DNA from: an uncultured Chloroflexia bacterium
Lineage (GTDB): Bacteria > Chloroflexota > UBA6077 > JACCZL01
Length of the DNA stretch: 64,000 nt
Direction: 5' to 3'
Assembly: GCA_963765765.1 (NCBI GenBank)
Contig: CAVXYC010000032.1
Location: 64,001 to 128,000, forward strand
Under the pieces are notes generated by a model that searched no databases, was not told the DNA's origin, and worked only from the letters and a program-made list of their open reading frames with translations. Position numbers and translations under genes: made by a program. This document shows, in pieces, positions 29,683-41,684 of the stretch (position 1 is the first letter of the stretch; the number at the start of each line of letters is the position of its first letter).

Positions 29683-30864
29683 ATGACTGAACCATTTCAA
29701 CCGCTGCAGGGTATCCGAGTCCTGGATTTCTCACGCATCCTGGCCGGCCCGTATTGCACAATGGTCCTGGGTGACATGGGCGCTGAGATCATCAAGGTCG
29801 AGCGCCCCGGTACTGGCGACGAGACGCGCGCCTGGGGCCCATTCGTCGGTGGCGAGAGCGCGTACTTCATGTGCGTCAATCGCAATAAGAAGAGCGTCAC
29901 CGTGGACCTGAGTACACCGGACGGTCAGACGATCAGTCGCGATCTTGCTGCCCAGAGCGATGTCCTGGTGGAAAACTTCCGTCCAGGAACGATGGAGAAG
30001 TTGGGACTGGGTTACGACGATCTGCGCGCCATCAATCCGCGGATGGTGTATTGCTCCATCTCCGGCTTTGGGCGGAGCGGGCCAGACAAGGACCGGGCGG
30101 GCGTGGACGTCATCGTCGAGGGCGTCGGCGGATTGATGAGTATCACCGGCGAGCCGGACGGCGCGCCGGTGAAGGTAGGTGTGGCGATCATCGACGTCGC
30201 GACAGCCCTACACGCCCACGGCGCCATTACCGCGGCGCTCTTCGAGCGAGAGCGCACGGGCTCGGGGCGGCGACTGGAATTCTCACTGCTCGAGGTTCAG
30301 ATCGCGACGCTGATCAATATCGGCAGCGACTACCTGATTGGTGGGATCGTGCCGAAGCGCTGGGGCTCGGCCCACACCTCCATCGTTCCATACCAGGCGT
30401 TCGAGGCGAGCGATGGCTACGTGGTGGTGGGCGCGGTCAACGAGACGCAATGGCTGCGATTCTGCGAGGCTATCGATGGGCCGGAACTGGCCGGGGATGC
30501 ACGTTTTGCGACCAATGCGCTGCGCAGTGAGCATCGTGCCGAGCTTTTCTCGATCGTGCAGCCCATTCTCCGGCAGAAGCCGCGCTCGGAGTGGTTGGAT
30601 AGGTTCCGATCCGTGGGCATTCCCAGCGGGCCGATCAACACGCTCGATGAGGTCTATCGGGATCCACAGGTGGAGCACCTGGGTATCGTCCAGGAGGTGG
30701 ATCATCCGACCGCCGGGCGGATCAAGCTGGCCGGTTCGCCGATCCGCGCGGACGATGCGCAGTTACCGGTACGCCTACCGCCGCCACGGCTCGGTGAGCA
30801 CACCGCCGAAGTGCTCCGCGATGTTCTCGGCTACGAAGAAGAACGGATACGCGTACTTAGCTAG
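29683..30864 (+). CDS. CoA-transferase family III (CaiB/BaiF)
   Basis: PLQGIRVLDFSRILAGPYC, NRNKKS, DVLVENFRPG, PRLGEHT. Confidence 0.93.
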   Translation: MTEPFQPLQGIRVLDFSRILAGPYCTMVLGDMGAEIIKVERPGTGDETRAWGPFVGGESAYFMCVNRNKKSVTVDLSTPDGQTISRDLAAQSDVLVENFRPGTMEKLGLGYDDLRAINPRMVYCSISGFGRSGPDKDRAGVDVIVEGVGGLMSITGEPDGAPVKVGVAIIDVATALHAHGAITAALFERERTGSGRRLEFSLLEVQIATLINIGSDYLIGGIVPKRWGSAHTSIVPYQAFEASDGYVVVGAVNETQWLRFCEAIDGPELAGDARFATNALRSEHRAELFSIVQPILRQKPRSEWLDRFRSVGIPSGPINTLDEVYRDPQVEHLGIVQEVDHPTAGRIKLAGSPIRADDAQLPVRLPPPRLGEHTAEVLRDVLGYEEERIRVLS

Positions 30865-30889
30865 TGCTGGTAGCAACGGTCTTGGAATG

Positions 30890-32107
<1,218 letters not shown>

Positions 32108-32130
32108 TCACGCTTCGCGTTCAAGATACA

Positions 32131-32216
32131 AGTGCGGAATTCATTCCGCCGTCCCGATGTGATGTTGGAGAGAGGTTTTCGCTAGGTGACGGCGGACTGA
32201 ATCTCGAACTCCCAGC
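32131..32216. repeat. GTAG-type REP doublet (REPIN-like) interrupted by the IS110
   Basis: GT|AG-T-GCGGAAT-TC-ATTCCGC; degenerate inverted partner at 32188-32216, 24/29 identical to the reconstructed empty site. Confidence 0.75.
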
Positions 32217-32218
32217 GG

Positions 32219-32614
32219 CTAGTCGTCGTTCTTTTTCTTCTGTTTGGCCGGCGAGTCGCTGGTGGTCTCCTTTGTGATCTCGCGCCCGGTTGTTTCGATT
32301 CGCTCGTCACCTTGCTCAATGGACTCAGCAAACCAAACCACTACCGAGGGACCGGAACCGGGATACGCTCGAACGGTATAGCACTCGTTGGCAGCCAGAT
32401 TCACTGACGCCGGATCCATACGGCTCAGATCGAATTGCACAGCGATGCCTGGAGTTCCGGTCGTCAACGTGAGTACACCCTCTTGCTGTGACACCAGGCA
32501 GCCCTGGAATGTCTCCGTGTCTGAAGGGTCCGCTGTTGCCACCGCGGCACTCAGCATTCTCGTGATCATCGCCATCCCTATGGCCGTCCACACGGTCCTA
32601 CGATGGTGTGTCAT
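32219..32614 (-). CDS. Small secreted hypothetical protein
   Basis: GGAG RBS, signal-like N-terminus, two Cys, charged tail. Confidence 0.6.
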   Translation of the reverse strand: MTHHRRTVWTAIGMAMITRMLSAAVATADPSDTETFQGCLVSQQEGVLTLTTGTPGIAVQFDLSRMDPASVNLAANECYTVRAYPGSGPSVVVWFAESIEQGDERIETTGREITKETTSDSPAKQKKKNDD

Positions 32615-32749
32615 GTGCTTCTCCCCGTGTTCGCCACCCGCTGCGATGGAATGGTGTCAATGTAAGTCGTACGTATCCCGTCAGCGCAATGGATGTGTCG
32701 CTCTGCCTCAGCTTTCATTCGGGCACGATCACTGCGGTGCCCGAATCGT

Positions 32750-33721
32750 GTGCGGATAGCAGTCCTTGGCGGCACTCAATTCATTGGACGAGCTTCAGTG
32801 ACTGAGCTCACCGCCCACGGCCACGACGTCACTGTGATTCACAGAGGAACGTCTGAGCCGGAGCCGCTTTCCTCGATCCAGCATATTCACGTTGATCGTC
32901 AGGACTCCGCGGCACTTCATGACGTGCTCCAGCGTACCGGGATGGATGCGCTCGTCGACATGTATGCGTTGACTCGTGATGACGCCAATTCAGTCGTCTC
33001 GTCTTTACCCGGCCGCATACGGCTTCTCGTTCTCTCGAGTATGGATGTGTATCAGGCCTACGGAGCGCTGCTGCGCGCCGAAGCGACGGAGCCGGTGCCG
33101 CTCGATGAGACATCGCCCGTCCGATCCGAACGCTATCCCTATCGAGGCAAAGGTGCCGGCATGGACGACTACGAGAAGCTCGATGTGGAGGAGGTGTATT
33201 GCTCGGCGGGTAGTACGATCATTCGGCTCCCGATGGTGTACGGCGAGCATGATTATCAGCGACGCGAAGATTTCATCCTGCGTCGAGTGCGGGCAGGGCG
33301 GTCGCGCATTCCGATTGGCACAGGTAATTGGCTCTGGTCCCGTGGATATGTCGGCGATATGGCTCGGGGTATTCGCCTGGCCCTGGAGTCGTCTGACGCG
33401 GCGGGCCAGGTGCTGAACCTTAGCGAAACGTCGACAGCCACCATGTGTATGTGGGCTCAGCAGATCCTTGACGCCGCCGGCTCAACCGCTGAGCTCGTGC
33501 GAGTTCCGGATGACGTGTTGCCGGACGATCTGAAGCTGACGGGCGCAGTATCTCAGCATCTGTTGGTCGATTCCGCGAGAGCCCGTGCATTACTCGGATG
33601 GTCAGCCTCGGACGTGAGAGGCGCCGTGCATCGTTCGGTAACGTGGCACATCGAGAACCCGCCCGTGAACCCGAGCTTTGATGTTGAACAAGACGACCGC
33701 GCGTTAGCCAACGCCATATAG
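32750..33721 (+). CDS. NAD-dependent epimerase/dehydratase family
   Basis: RIAVLGGTQFIG, SSMDVY, YEK, IRLPMVYG. Confidence 0.9.
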   Translation: MRIAVLGGTQFIGRASVTELTAHGHDVTVIHRGTSEPEPLSSIQHIHVDRQDSAALHDVLQRTGMDALVDMYALTRDDANSVVSSLPGRIRLLVLSSMDVYQAYGALLRAEATEPVPLDETSPVRSERYPYRGKGAGMDDYEKLDVEEVYCSAGSTIIRLPMVYGEHDYQRREDFILRRVRAGRSRIPIGTGNWLWSRGYVGDMARGIRLALESSDAAGQVLNLSETSTATMCMWAQQILDAAGSTAELVRVPDDVLPDDLKLTGAVSQHLLVDSARARALLGWSASDVRGAVHRSVTWHIENPPVNPSFDVEQDDRALANAI

Positions 33722-33762
33722 GCACGTCCGTGTTCACATAGCTCGGCACACGCTTTGCGCAT

Positions 33763-34695
33763 GTGCAGGCTATGGAACCCGAACAAGAGCAAGAGCACAT
33801 TGAGTCCGTACTGCGCAAAGAGATCTCACAGGTTGATACTCCCGAACGAGCGCGTGCGGTCCTTGAGAAGGCTGAAAAGCTCGCTGGGGATGCTACTCAA
33901 GAGCAACGCGGTAAAGCCGTAGCCCAAGCGCCGCCATCAGCTGTGGAATCGGTGGACCGTGCAAGTGAAGCCGGCGGCCCTGTACATCAGGCCGCGGCAA
34001 CGCTTGAGACCGTTGCCGCCGAGGCAGTTGCGCCGACTTCAGAAGCAGCCACGGTCAGCACCGCTGCCGAGCGGGTAGTGTCGCCAACGGCGCCCACTCC
34101 CCCAGAGACTCGTCGAGGGCTGGCCCTGCTGCGGCATGCCTTGCTCGAGCGCCTGCAACCGCATGAAGCAGTAGACGCACGGCTCTATCTGGCGGTCAAC
34201 AGCCTCCCGCACCCGCGCTGGGCGGATCGCCTGGCTGACCGGGTGACTGTCTTCACGAATGGCGGCTGGATCTGGCTGGGCGCCGCCGCGGTCGCCTCGA
34301 TCATTGGCGTTCCCAATGGCCGTTGCGGGCTGCGCGAGCTCGCTCCACCATTGATCGTTACGACGTGGATCGTGGAGCACCCGGTTAAGTCATTCTTTCG
34401 ACGAAAGCGCCCGTTCATCGACATCATTCGGGCGCTAGTGGTGGGAAAGAAGCCCGGGACATGGTCCTTCCCTTCGGGGCACACGGCCTCGTCGTTTGCG
34501 GCGGCCACAATTCTGAGTCGCTGCTGGCCAGCAGGCGCCAAACTTTTCTACATCGTGGCGGCCATGGTCGGCTTCAGCCGCGTCTACGTGGGCGCGCACT
34601 ACCCGGGCGATGTAGCGGCCGGAGCTTCGGTGGGCGTGATTCTGGCGAGCGTAACGCGCCTTGTAGTGGCGCACATACTCAAGCGATTTGATTAG
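33763..34695 (+). CDS. PAP2 family phosphatase with long Ala-rich N-terminal extension
   Basis: KSFFRRKRP, SFPSGH, SRVYVGAHYPGDV. Confidence 0.9.
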   Translation: MQAMEPEQEQEHIESVLRKEISQVDTPERARAVLEKAEKLAGDATQEQRGKAVAQAPPSAVESVDRASEAGGPVHQAAATLETVAAEAVAPTSEAATVSTAAERVVSPTAPTPPETRRGLALLRHALLERLQPHEAVDARLYLAVNSLPHPRWADRLADRVTVFTNGGWIWLGAAAVASIIGVPNGRCGLRELAPPLIVTTWIVEHPVKSFFRRKRPFIDIIRALVVGKKPGTWSFPSGHTASSFAAATILSRCWPAGAKLFYIVAAMVGFSRVYVGAHYPGDVAAGASVGVILASVTRLVVAHILKRFD

Positions 34696-34801
34696 CACCC
34701 GCGGAAGCCTCATCTGGTTATAGGTTATGCCTCGTCTGGTCATAGCCACCAGAGTGGTCTGCCATAATAGCTGAACCACAATTCGATCTCGAGGTGCGGG
34801 A

Positions 34802-35782
34802 ATGACCGTGAGCAGCGTCCCCATCACACTCGCCACCAGCCAGCTTCTGGACATGTTCCGCCGGATGCACCAGATCCGGCAGTTCGATGCTCGGGCCCTG
34901 GAGCTCTTCCGCGAGGGGCTGGTGCGCGGATCCACGCACCCCTATATCGGCACCGAGGCTGTCGCCGTGGGCGCCTGCGCGGCGCTCCGTGACGATGACT
35001 TCATCACGAGCACACATCGCGGCCACGGCCACTGCATTGCCAAGGGCGGCGATCTTCCCAAGATGATGGCCGAGCTTCTGGGCCGCGCCACAGGCTACTG
35101 CCGCGGCAAGGGCGGCTCCATGCACATCGCCGACCTGGATCGAGGCATCCTGGGCGCCAACGGCATCGTCGGGGGCGGCATGGGCATCGCCGCGGGCTCG
35201 GCGCTCTCCGCCGTGCTTCGCGGAACGGACCAGGTGACCATCTGTTTCTTTGGCGATGGCGCGCTCAATCAGGGGGCACTGCACGAGAGCAGCAACATCT
35301 CGGCTATCTGGAAGCTGCCCGTTATTTTTCTGTGTGAGAACAATCACTACGCGATGAGCGCGCCCATGGAGCGGATGACATCCGTGCCGGACCCCAGCGT
35401 GCGAGCGGCGGCGTACGGCTTCCCCGGCGTGGCGGTGGACGGTATGGACGCTCTCGCCGTGTACGAGGCGGTTCGCGAAGCCGTGAGTCGAGCTCGGGAA
35501 GGGCGCGGGCCCACGATGATCGTGGCCGATACCTACCGCTATTTCGGCCATCACGTAGGCGATCCGCTGAACTATCGGTCGCGCGAAGAAGTGGACGAGT
35601 GGCGAAAGAACGACCCGATCGAACGCTTCCAGCAGGTGCTGGTCGATCGCGGCATGCTGACAGACTCGGATGCCGAGCGCATCCGCGAGGAAGTCGTCGC
35701 TGAGGTAGAGCGCGCCATCGACTTCGCCAAGGAGAGCCCAGTTCCGTCGCCCGAGTCGCTCATGGAGGACATCTACGCATGA
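34802..35782 (+). CDS. TPP-dependent 2-oxoacid/acetoin dehydrogenase E1 alpha
   Basis: STHRGHGH, GKGGSMH, FFGDGA..ENN, TYRYFGH. Confidence 0.93.
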   Translation: MTVSSVPITLATSQLLDMFRRMHQIRQFDARALELFREGLVRGSTHPYIGTEAVAVGACAALRDDDFITSTHRGHGHCIAKGGDLPKMMAELLGRATGYCRGKGGSMHIADLDRGILGANGIVGGGMGIAAGSALSAVLRGTDQVTICFFGDGALNQGALHESSNISAIWKLPVIFLCENNHYAMSAPMERMTSVPDPSVRAAAYGFPGVAVDGMDALAVYEAVREAVSRAREGRGPTMIVADTYRYFGHHVGDPLNYRSREEVDEWRKNDPIERFQQVLVDRGMLTDSDAERIREEVVAEVERAIDFAKESPVPSPESLMEDIYA

Positions 35783-36795
35783 CCGTTTCCGCGCAGCCTC
35801 CTGCCGCGACCGATACGCGTGAGCTGACGTACAGCGAGGCGCTTAATGAAGCACTCCGCGAGGAGATGCACCGCGATCCGATGGTTTTCGTGATGGGTGA
35901 AGACGTTGCCGTGTGGGGCGGCGGCGGGATCTTCGGCGTCACCAAGACGTTGCTCGAAGAGTTCGGGATCGATCGCGTGCGCGATACGCCGATCTCGGAG
36001 GAAGCAATCGTCGGCCTGGCCGTGGGTGCCGCCGCGACGGGATGCCGCCCGGTGGCGGAGATCATGTACGCCGATTTCACGACCATGGCCATGGACCCAA
36101 TCGTGAACCAGGCCGCCAAGATGCGCTACATGTTCGGCGGCAAGGCCCGCGTGCCGCTGGTCATCCGCGCCCAGGAAGGCGCCGGACGCGGCAACGCGGC
36201 GCAGCATAGTCAGAGCCTGGAAGCATGGTTCGCGCACATTCCCGGGCTGAAAGTCGTAACGCCTTCCACGCCGTATGATGCGAAAGGTCTCCTCAAGTCG
36301 GCCATCCGGGACGACAACCCGGTCATTTTCCTGGAGCACAAGGCGCTTTACTTCACCAAGGGGCATGTTCCAGCGGAGGAGTATTTGATCCCGATGGGGC
36401 AGGCCGATGTGAAGCGAGCGGGCTCAGATGTGACCGTGGTAGGCGTCCACACGATGGTGCTCAAGGCGATGGAAGCGGCCCTCGAGCTGCAGGCTGAAGG
36501 CGTCAGCATTGAAGTCATTGATCCGCGCTCTGTCTTCCCGTTGGACATTGACACGATTGTCGATTCGGTGAAGAAGACGGGACGCCTCGTCGTTGCACAC
36601 GAGGCGTATCAGCGTGGCGGCATCGGAGCCGAGATCGCTATCCAGGTGATGGAGCGGGCTTTCGACTATCTCGATGCTCCTATTGAGCGCGTCGCCGGTG
36701 CCAACTGCCCCGTTCCGTATGCCACCAACCTCGAGCGGCTCGCGATTCCGGGCAAGGAAGAGATCGTGGAGGCAGTTCGGCGAACGGTGGCGTAA
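35779..36795 (+). CDS. 2-oxoacid/acetoin dehydrogenase E1 beta
   Basis: MGEDV, RVRDTPISE, AAQHSQSLEAW, DNPVIFLEHK, YLDAPIERV. Confidence 0.93.
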   Translation: MTVSAQPPAATDTRELTYSEALNEALREEMHRDPMVFVMGEDVAVWGGGGIFGVTKTLLEEFGIDRVRDTPISEEAIVGLAVGAAATGCRPVAEIMYADFTTMAMDPIVNQAAKMRYMFGGKARVPLVIRAQEGAGRGNAAQHSQSLEAWFAHIPGLKVVTPSTPYDAKGLLKSAIRDDNPVIFLEHKALYFTKGHVPAEEYLIPMGQADVKRAGSDVTVVGVHTMVLKAMEAALELQAEGVSIEVIDPRSVFPLDIDTIVDSVKKTGRLVVAHEAYQRGGIGAEIAIQVMERAFDYLDAPIERVAGANCPVPYATNLERLAIPGKEEIVEAVRRTVA

Positions 36796-36960
36796 AGTCT
36801 GAGCCCGCGATCCTCATTTACGGGCTGCTGCGCCTCGCTCGTAACATGAGGCCGAGGTACTGATGCAAGCGCTGGGGATCCGAGATGCGCTGCCCTTTGG
36901 CGGCGACTTCAGCGCGAACAGCTTCGTGGAGCTACGGGCATAGCGGAGGTTGGACAGGCG

Positions 36961-37404
36961 TCAGCTCGCGGTGCTCGATGATTCGGCTGCGTCTTCTAGC
37001 TCTTTAAGTCGACGACCAGCCTCCTTCAACATCGTTACGGCAATCCGCGGATTCTGTTCCAGCACGTCATCCAACTCCCATGACGCCAGCGCCAGGCAGA
37101 GAGTCGGCTCGGTGGCGATGACACTCGCCACGCGCGGCTGATGGTTCAAAAGAGAGATCTCGCCAAAGTAGCCGCCGGGACCGTTGTGGACGATCTCCCG
37201 ACCGCGGCGCTCAACCGTGGCGCCGCCGCTGACGATGAGGTAGAAACCAGTGCCCATCTCGCCTTCACGAGCGATGTATTCGCCCGATGCAAAGTTCACC
37301 TCACGTACCTGCTGTGCGAGCACGTTGAGACATTCGTCGTCCGCGCTCTCGAATAATTTGACCTTGCGCAAGAGCTCGCGCTTTTCATCGATCGAGAGCG
37401 ACAT
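36961..37404 (-). CDS. Cyclic-nucleotide-binding domain protein
   Basis: IAREGEMG, FYLIVSG, FGEISLL, PRVASV. Confidence 0.9.
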   Translation of the reverse strand: MSLSIDEKRELLRKVKLFESADDECLNVLAQQVREVNFASGEYIAREGEMGTGFYLIVSGGATVERRGREIVHNGPGGYFGEISLLNHQPRVASVIATEPTLCLALASWELDDVLEQNPRIAVTMLKEAGRRLKELEDAAESSSTAS

Positions 37405-37524
37405 GAACGGCCCCTTGTTTCTGTTTCTCCAATTGTGACGCGCCCACACGGCAGAAGCAATTCGCATGGACTACCCGTCTACAATGTTGGCGGCCCCCGC
37501 GCGGATGTTCAGAGGAGGGATCAG

Positions 37525-37966
37525 TTGGCACCGACTCTTGAGGAGCAATTGTCCTGGCCGTCGAGACGCATCGCGGGCGGCGTGATAAGCTCGGACGCCC
37601 ATACATCCTTCATCCCCTGCGTTTGATGGCTACATTGAATACGCCAGCCGAGCAAATCGCCGCACTTCTTCACGATGTCATCGCGGATAGCGACCTCACG
37701 CTCGAAGATTTCAGAAGCCGAGAGTACGACCATAAGGTTGTGGACGCTATTGACCGTCTCACGCTGCGCGACGAAGAGTCGTTCGATGAATTCATCACGC
37801 GCATTGCTGAAAATCGGGTCGCACGGAGAGTGAAATCGCCGATCTGGCGAATAACCTGGACGTCAGGAATTGGCAGGAGATTGGCGAGCCTGAGCGAGAG
37901 CGCCGGATGCGTTACCGCAGGGCCTGGGAGACCCTCGTCGCTATAGACCGCGAGCGAAACGGCTAG
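37525..37966 (+). CDS. Small HD-domain hydrolase (Mesh1/SpoT-HD-like), frameshifted
   Basis: GAGGAGG RBS; across frames HRGRRDKLGRPYILHPLR, AALLHDV, RVK..ADL.NN. Confidence 0.7.
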
Positions 37967-38223
37967 ACAAATACTTCGTCCGCGTAGCACCAGGCCCAGT
38001 CCTCGCCCGGCTGGAAGGATTGGATAATGGGGTGGGTCGAGGACGTGTAGTGCTTGGTTGCGTGCTTGTTCTTGGAAGAGTCGCAGCAGCCCACGTGGCC
38101 GCAGCTCAGACAAAGACGCAGATGGACCCAGACGTCGCCCATCGCCAGACATTCCTCGCAGCCATTGGCGCTGGGCGTGACTTCGTGAATCTGGTCCAGG
38201 TGGGTGCATTCGGTCTGCGTCAT
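37963..38223 (-). CDS. UBP-type zinc finger protein
   Basis: CTH, GCEEC, WVHLRLCLSCGHVGCCDSSKNKHATKH, WCYAD. Confidence 0.92.
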   Translation of the reverse strand: MTQTECTHLDQIHEVTPSANGCEECLAMGDVWVHLRLCLSCGHVGCCDSSKNKHATKHYTSSTHPIIQSFQPGEDWAWCYADEVFV

Positions 38224-39852
38224 TGAGCTTCCTTCTCCGCGGAATGAGTGGGCGGTGCTGGTTCATCATCTCGCCGAGGCGTGAGAAACAGTGCAACACA
38301 GACGCCGCCTGCCGCGGCCAGTGCCGCGGCAGTGAGCATCACTGTCCTGAAGCCGCTCACGAAGGCCACATCTATAGCTTGCTGAATTGCTCGGGTGGTT
38401 TCCGCACTCAAGCCAGAAGGTACTTCCGACGCCGCGAGATTTATCAGCTGAGCGTTCAGCATTTGCCGGGCTCCCGTTGGCATATCGATACTCGAGAGAG
38501 ATCTGCTGACGCTGCTCTGGAAGCTGCCCGACCAGCACGAGAGTCATCACCGCGATGGCGAGGAGCCCGGCAATGCGTGAGACAGCATTGTTGATGCCTG
38601 AAGCGATGCCTGAGTGTCGAGTTTCCACGGAGCTCATTACCGTGGTCGTGAGAGGCGCCACGCTCACAGCCATGCCGAGACCCAATACGACCACCGCTGG
38701 GAAGAACTCCGTCCAGTAGCTTCCGCCGATTCCGGTGCGGGCAAAGAGACCAAAGCCAGCCGCGGCGATGAGGGGGCCCACGGTCAGCGGGAGTCTCGGG
38801 CCGGTGCGCGTGACCAGTCCGCCCGACCAGCGCGAGAGAATGGAAATGATCAGAATCATGGGTAAAAGTGCTGCGCCGGCCGCCGTGGGGGAATAGTTCT
38901 GCACCTGGATCAGGTTGAACGGAACGAAAAACAGCGCGCCGCTGAGCGCGGCGTAAAGCAGGAACGTAAGGACGTTGGTGACGGCGAAGGTGCGCACCTT
39001 GAACAGTTCCAGCGGCACCATCGGATTCGCCGCGTGCGCCTCGCGAGCAACGAATGCCGCGAGTACGAGAGCTCCGATGGCGATGCTGATGAGCACGTTG
39101 GGGCTGCTGAGACCCAGATTGGACGATTCGATTAGTCCGTAGATCAAAACGCCGAGTCCCAGTACGGCCAGGAACGCTCCAGACCAATCCAGCCGCCGTG
39201 GTGCATTTTCATCGCGGGTTTCAGGTACGTGCTTTGCCATGGCTATCAGCACGATTACCGCGATTGGCAGATTGATCAAGAATACCCATCGCCAGGAAGC
39301 GTGCTCAGTCAGCCAGCCGCCCAGAAGCGGGCCGAGCGCGGATGTAATCCCGGTGAATCCGGACCAGGTACCGATGGCCTGGCCGCGCCGCGCCTCGTCG
39401 AATGACGCACCGATAATCGCGAGGCTGCCCGGTACTAGTAAAGAGCCACCAATGCCTTGGACGGCGCGTCCGAACACGAGCTGAGATGGAGTTTGCGCCA
39501 CGCCGCACCAGGCGGAGGCCACGGCGAAGAGCGCTACGCCAATGCCAAACACTCGCTTGCGACCATAGCGGTCACCCATGGCCCCGCCCACCAGCAGCAG
39601 CGCCGCGAGAAAGAGGGCGTACGCCTCAACGACCCACTGCACGTCAATGACGCTGGCCTGCAGATCGCGCTGAAGCACCGGAAGCGCCACATTGACGACT
39701 GTGGAGTCGATGAACGCCATGCTGGAGCCGAGAATCGTGACGGTCAGCACCCACGGCTCGCTCCCCGGCGCGCACGGCTGCGCGGACCGGGTCTCGAGAA
39801 TCACGCCCTCGTCGCAAGGCGGCCTGGTATTGGCGACCATAGTATTCGCCAT
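38220..39852 (-). CDS. DHA2 (EmrB/QacA) MFS transporter, frameshift near 38500
   Basis: [43 protein letters not shown]. Confidence 0.9.
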
Positions 39853-39896
39853 CAGTCTACGCGGTTATCGAGGTAACCGTCGGAAGCGCATCTGAC

Positions 39897-40428
39897 TTAT
39901 TCGCCCAGCGCGGCGATGCATGCTTCGCGAATGCTCCAGCTCTCCTCGAACCCGTGCCCAGCCGTGAGCTCGGGGTACGAATCAACCCAGGTACGCAGCA
40001 TCTGTTGGTGGAGCGCCGTCTTGTAAACGCCGATTTGATCTGGAGTGATCCGCTCTTCGTGCAACAACCGATTGATCGGCTCGCCCGGTGTGTCCACCGC
40101 GCGGGTCACTGTCGATGCGGTGGCTGCCGAAGGTTAAGTAGCAGTGCGCCTCGAGCACGAAGGATAGATTGTGCAGCTCCAGCACCGCTCCCACCTCCGG
40201 AGTGTTCGCTTCGCTTCGCACATCTCATAGATTCCTGGAGCGAGATGGATCGGCTGATCCTGCTCCACAGCAAGCCTTGCCAGCAGCGCATGCTTCGTGC
40301 TGCAGGTTCCGCGACCTTCGCTCAAGACGCACAACGGATGGCCTGGTGATGCATTGCGACGTAGGGAAGGGATTGGAGGATGCGCCCAGCTCCCCGGAAA
40401 TCCTCAACCCCTCGTCGGATAAATGCAT
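39897..40428 (-). pseudogene. Transglutaminase-like hypothetical protein, multiply frameshifted
   Basis: Segments GRGTCSTKHALLA, GIYEM, EAHCYL, IREACIAAL lie in different frames. Confidence 0.55.
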
Positions 40429-40518
40429 CTGATATTTCGCCACGCGGAGAAAGATCGGACACTGGTAGCGCGTCCCAAGGGAGCAGCGAAGGGATGATTC
40501 GTGGTTGGAGCGTGCGGG

Positions 40519-40630
40519 TTTCCCTTACCCGCTCCCTCTCCCAGAGGAGCGGGACCCAGTCTGGGGGATATTAAGCTCGACAACTTCCGACCGCGCTCCC
40601 ACTTCCTTTGGGTGAGGGTTGGGGTGAGAT
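40519..40630. repeat. Degenerate CCCTCACCC/GGGTGAGGG-type intergenic palindrome
   Basis: CCCTTACCCGCTCCCTCTCCC...GGGTGAGGGTTGGGGTGAG arms. Confidence 0.45.
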
Positions 40631-40652
40631 GCCCGCGACTTCTTCACCGGCT

Positions 40653-41343
40653 TCATCCCAGATGAAGCAGGACTTCACTGAGGGACCGAATCCGCGTGCC
40701 TTCCCAGGAGTCCGCATCGACCCTGAGCGGCGCAATGATCTCTTCTGACGGCGTTCGGATCATCAGCGCCCGCATACCCACGGACTCGGCACCCGTGAGC
40801 TCGCGGCTTCCGCCATCGCCAACATACAAACAGTCGCCTGGTTGAACGCCGAGCGCCTCGCAGGTCGTCAGGTAAATGCGCGGATCTGGTTTCTTCAGCC
40901 CAACGGCGCAGGAGAACGTAGTGACATCGAAACACTCGGCCAGCGGCGTTTCAGTCCACAGCTCAGGCGTGGGTGGCCCACAATCGCTGATGAGACCAGT
41001 GCGATAGCCCAGCGACCGCAGTCGTTGAACCGTCTCCACGGCGTCGTCGCGTGGCGTGAGACAGACCGCAGCGAACTCACTGTACGCGGCGGAGGCGCGC
41101 TCAATGCGCCCTGGGTCCACGGTCAGCCCCATGCCCTTGCATGATGCGCTGACGGCGTCTTCCACCGTTGCAAACGCTCCCGTGTCGCGTGCCGCGCGAT
41201 GCTCGTCCCAGATCCGGAAGAGACTTTCAAATGGGCACCCAAGCTCCGCGGCCATACCTGCGAGCAGGCGTTTGCGCTCATCGGCTGGCCAGTTGTCGAC
41301 GAGAGTCCCAAACAGATCGAAGATGACGGCTGTGTTGAGTCAT
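40653..41343 (-). CDS. HAD-superfamily hydrolase (start frameshifted)
   Basis: AVIFDLFGTLVD, GLISD, KPDPRIY, YVGDGGSREL. Confidence 0.85.
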
Positions 41344-41684
41344 GACCACGAGACGATATAAGCGCTGCTGGGACATGGCCCAGCATTACGCTGCATCGCA
41401 AAAGTCTCTGACGAATGTATAGACTGAGCCTCGAACCTAATTCAGAAGCAATGTATCCGCCGTGAGCAGTTGGACGACTCGCCCGAGCCGTGATCTTGCT
41501 ACCTCGCGGCATGCCCCAGAATTAAGGTGAGAGGCATCCGCACCGTACGTGCCTCGCGATCGATGATCGCCATACCCAAAGCCCCGCTTGAGACCAAGCT
41601 CACCAAGCTACGGTACCACGTCGAGGTATCACTCAATGAAGCCATATTCAAATTGCGAAGGTTGCTTCAACGCTAGTTTCAATT

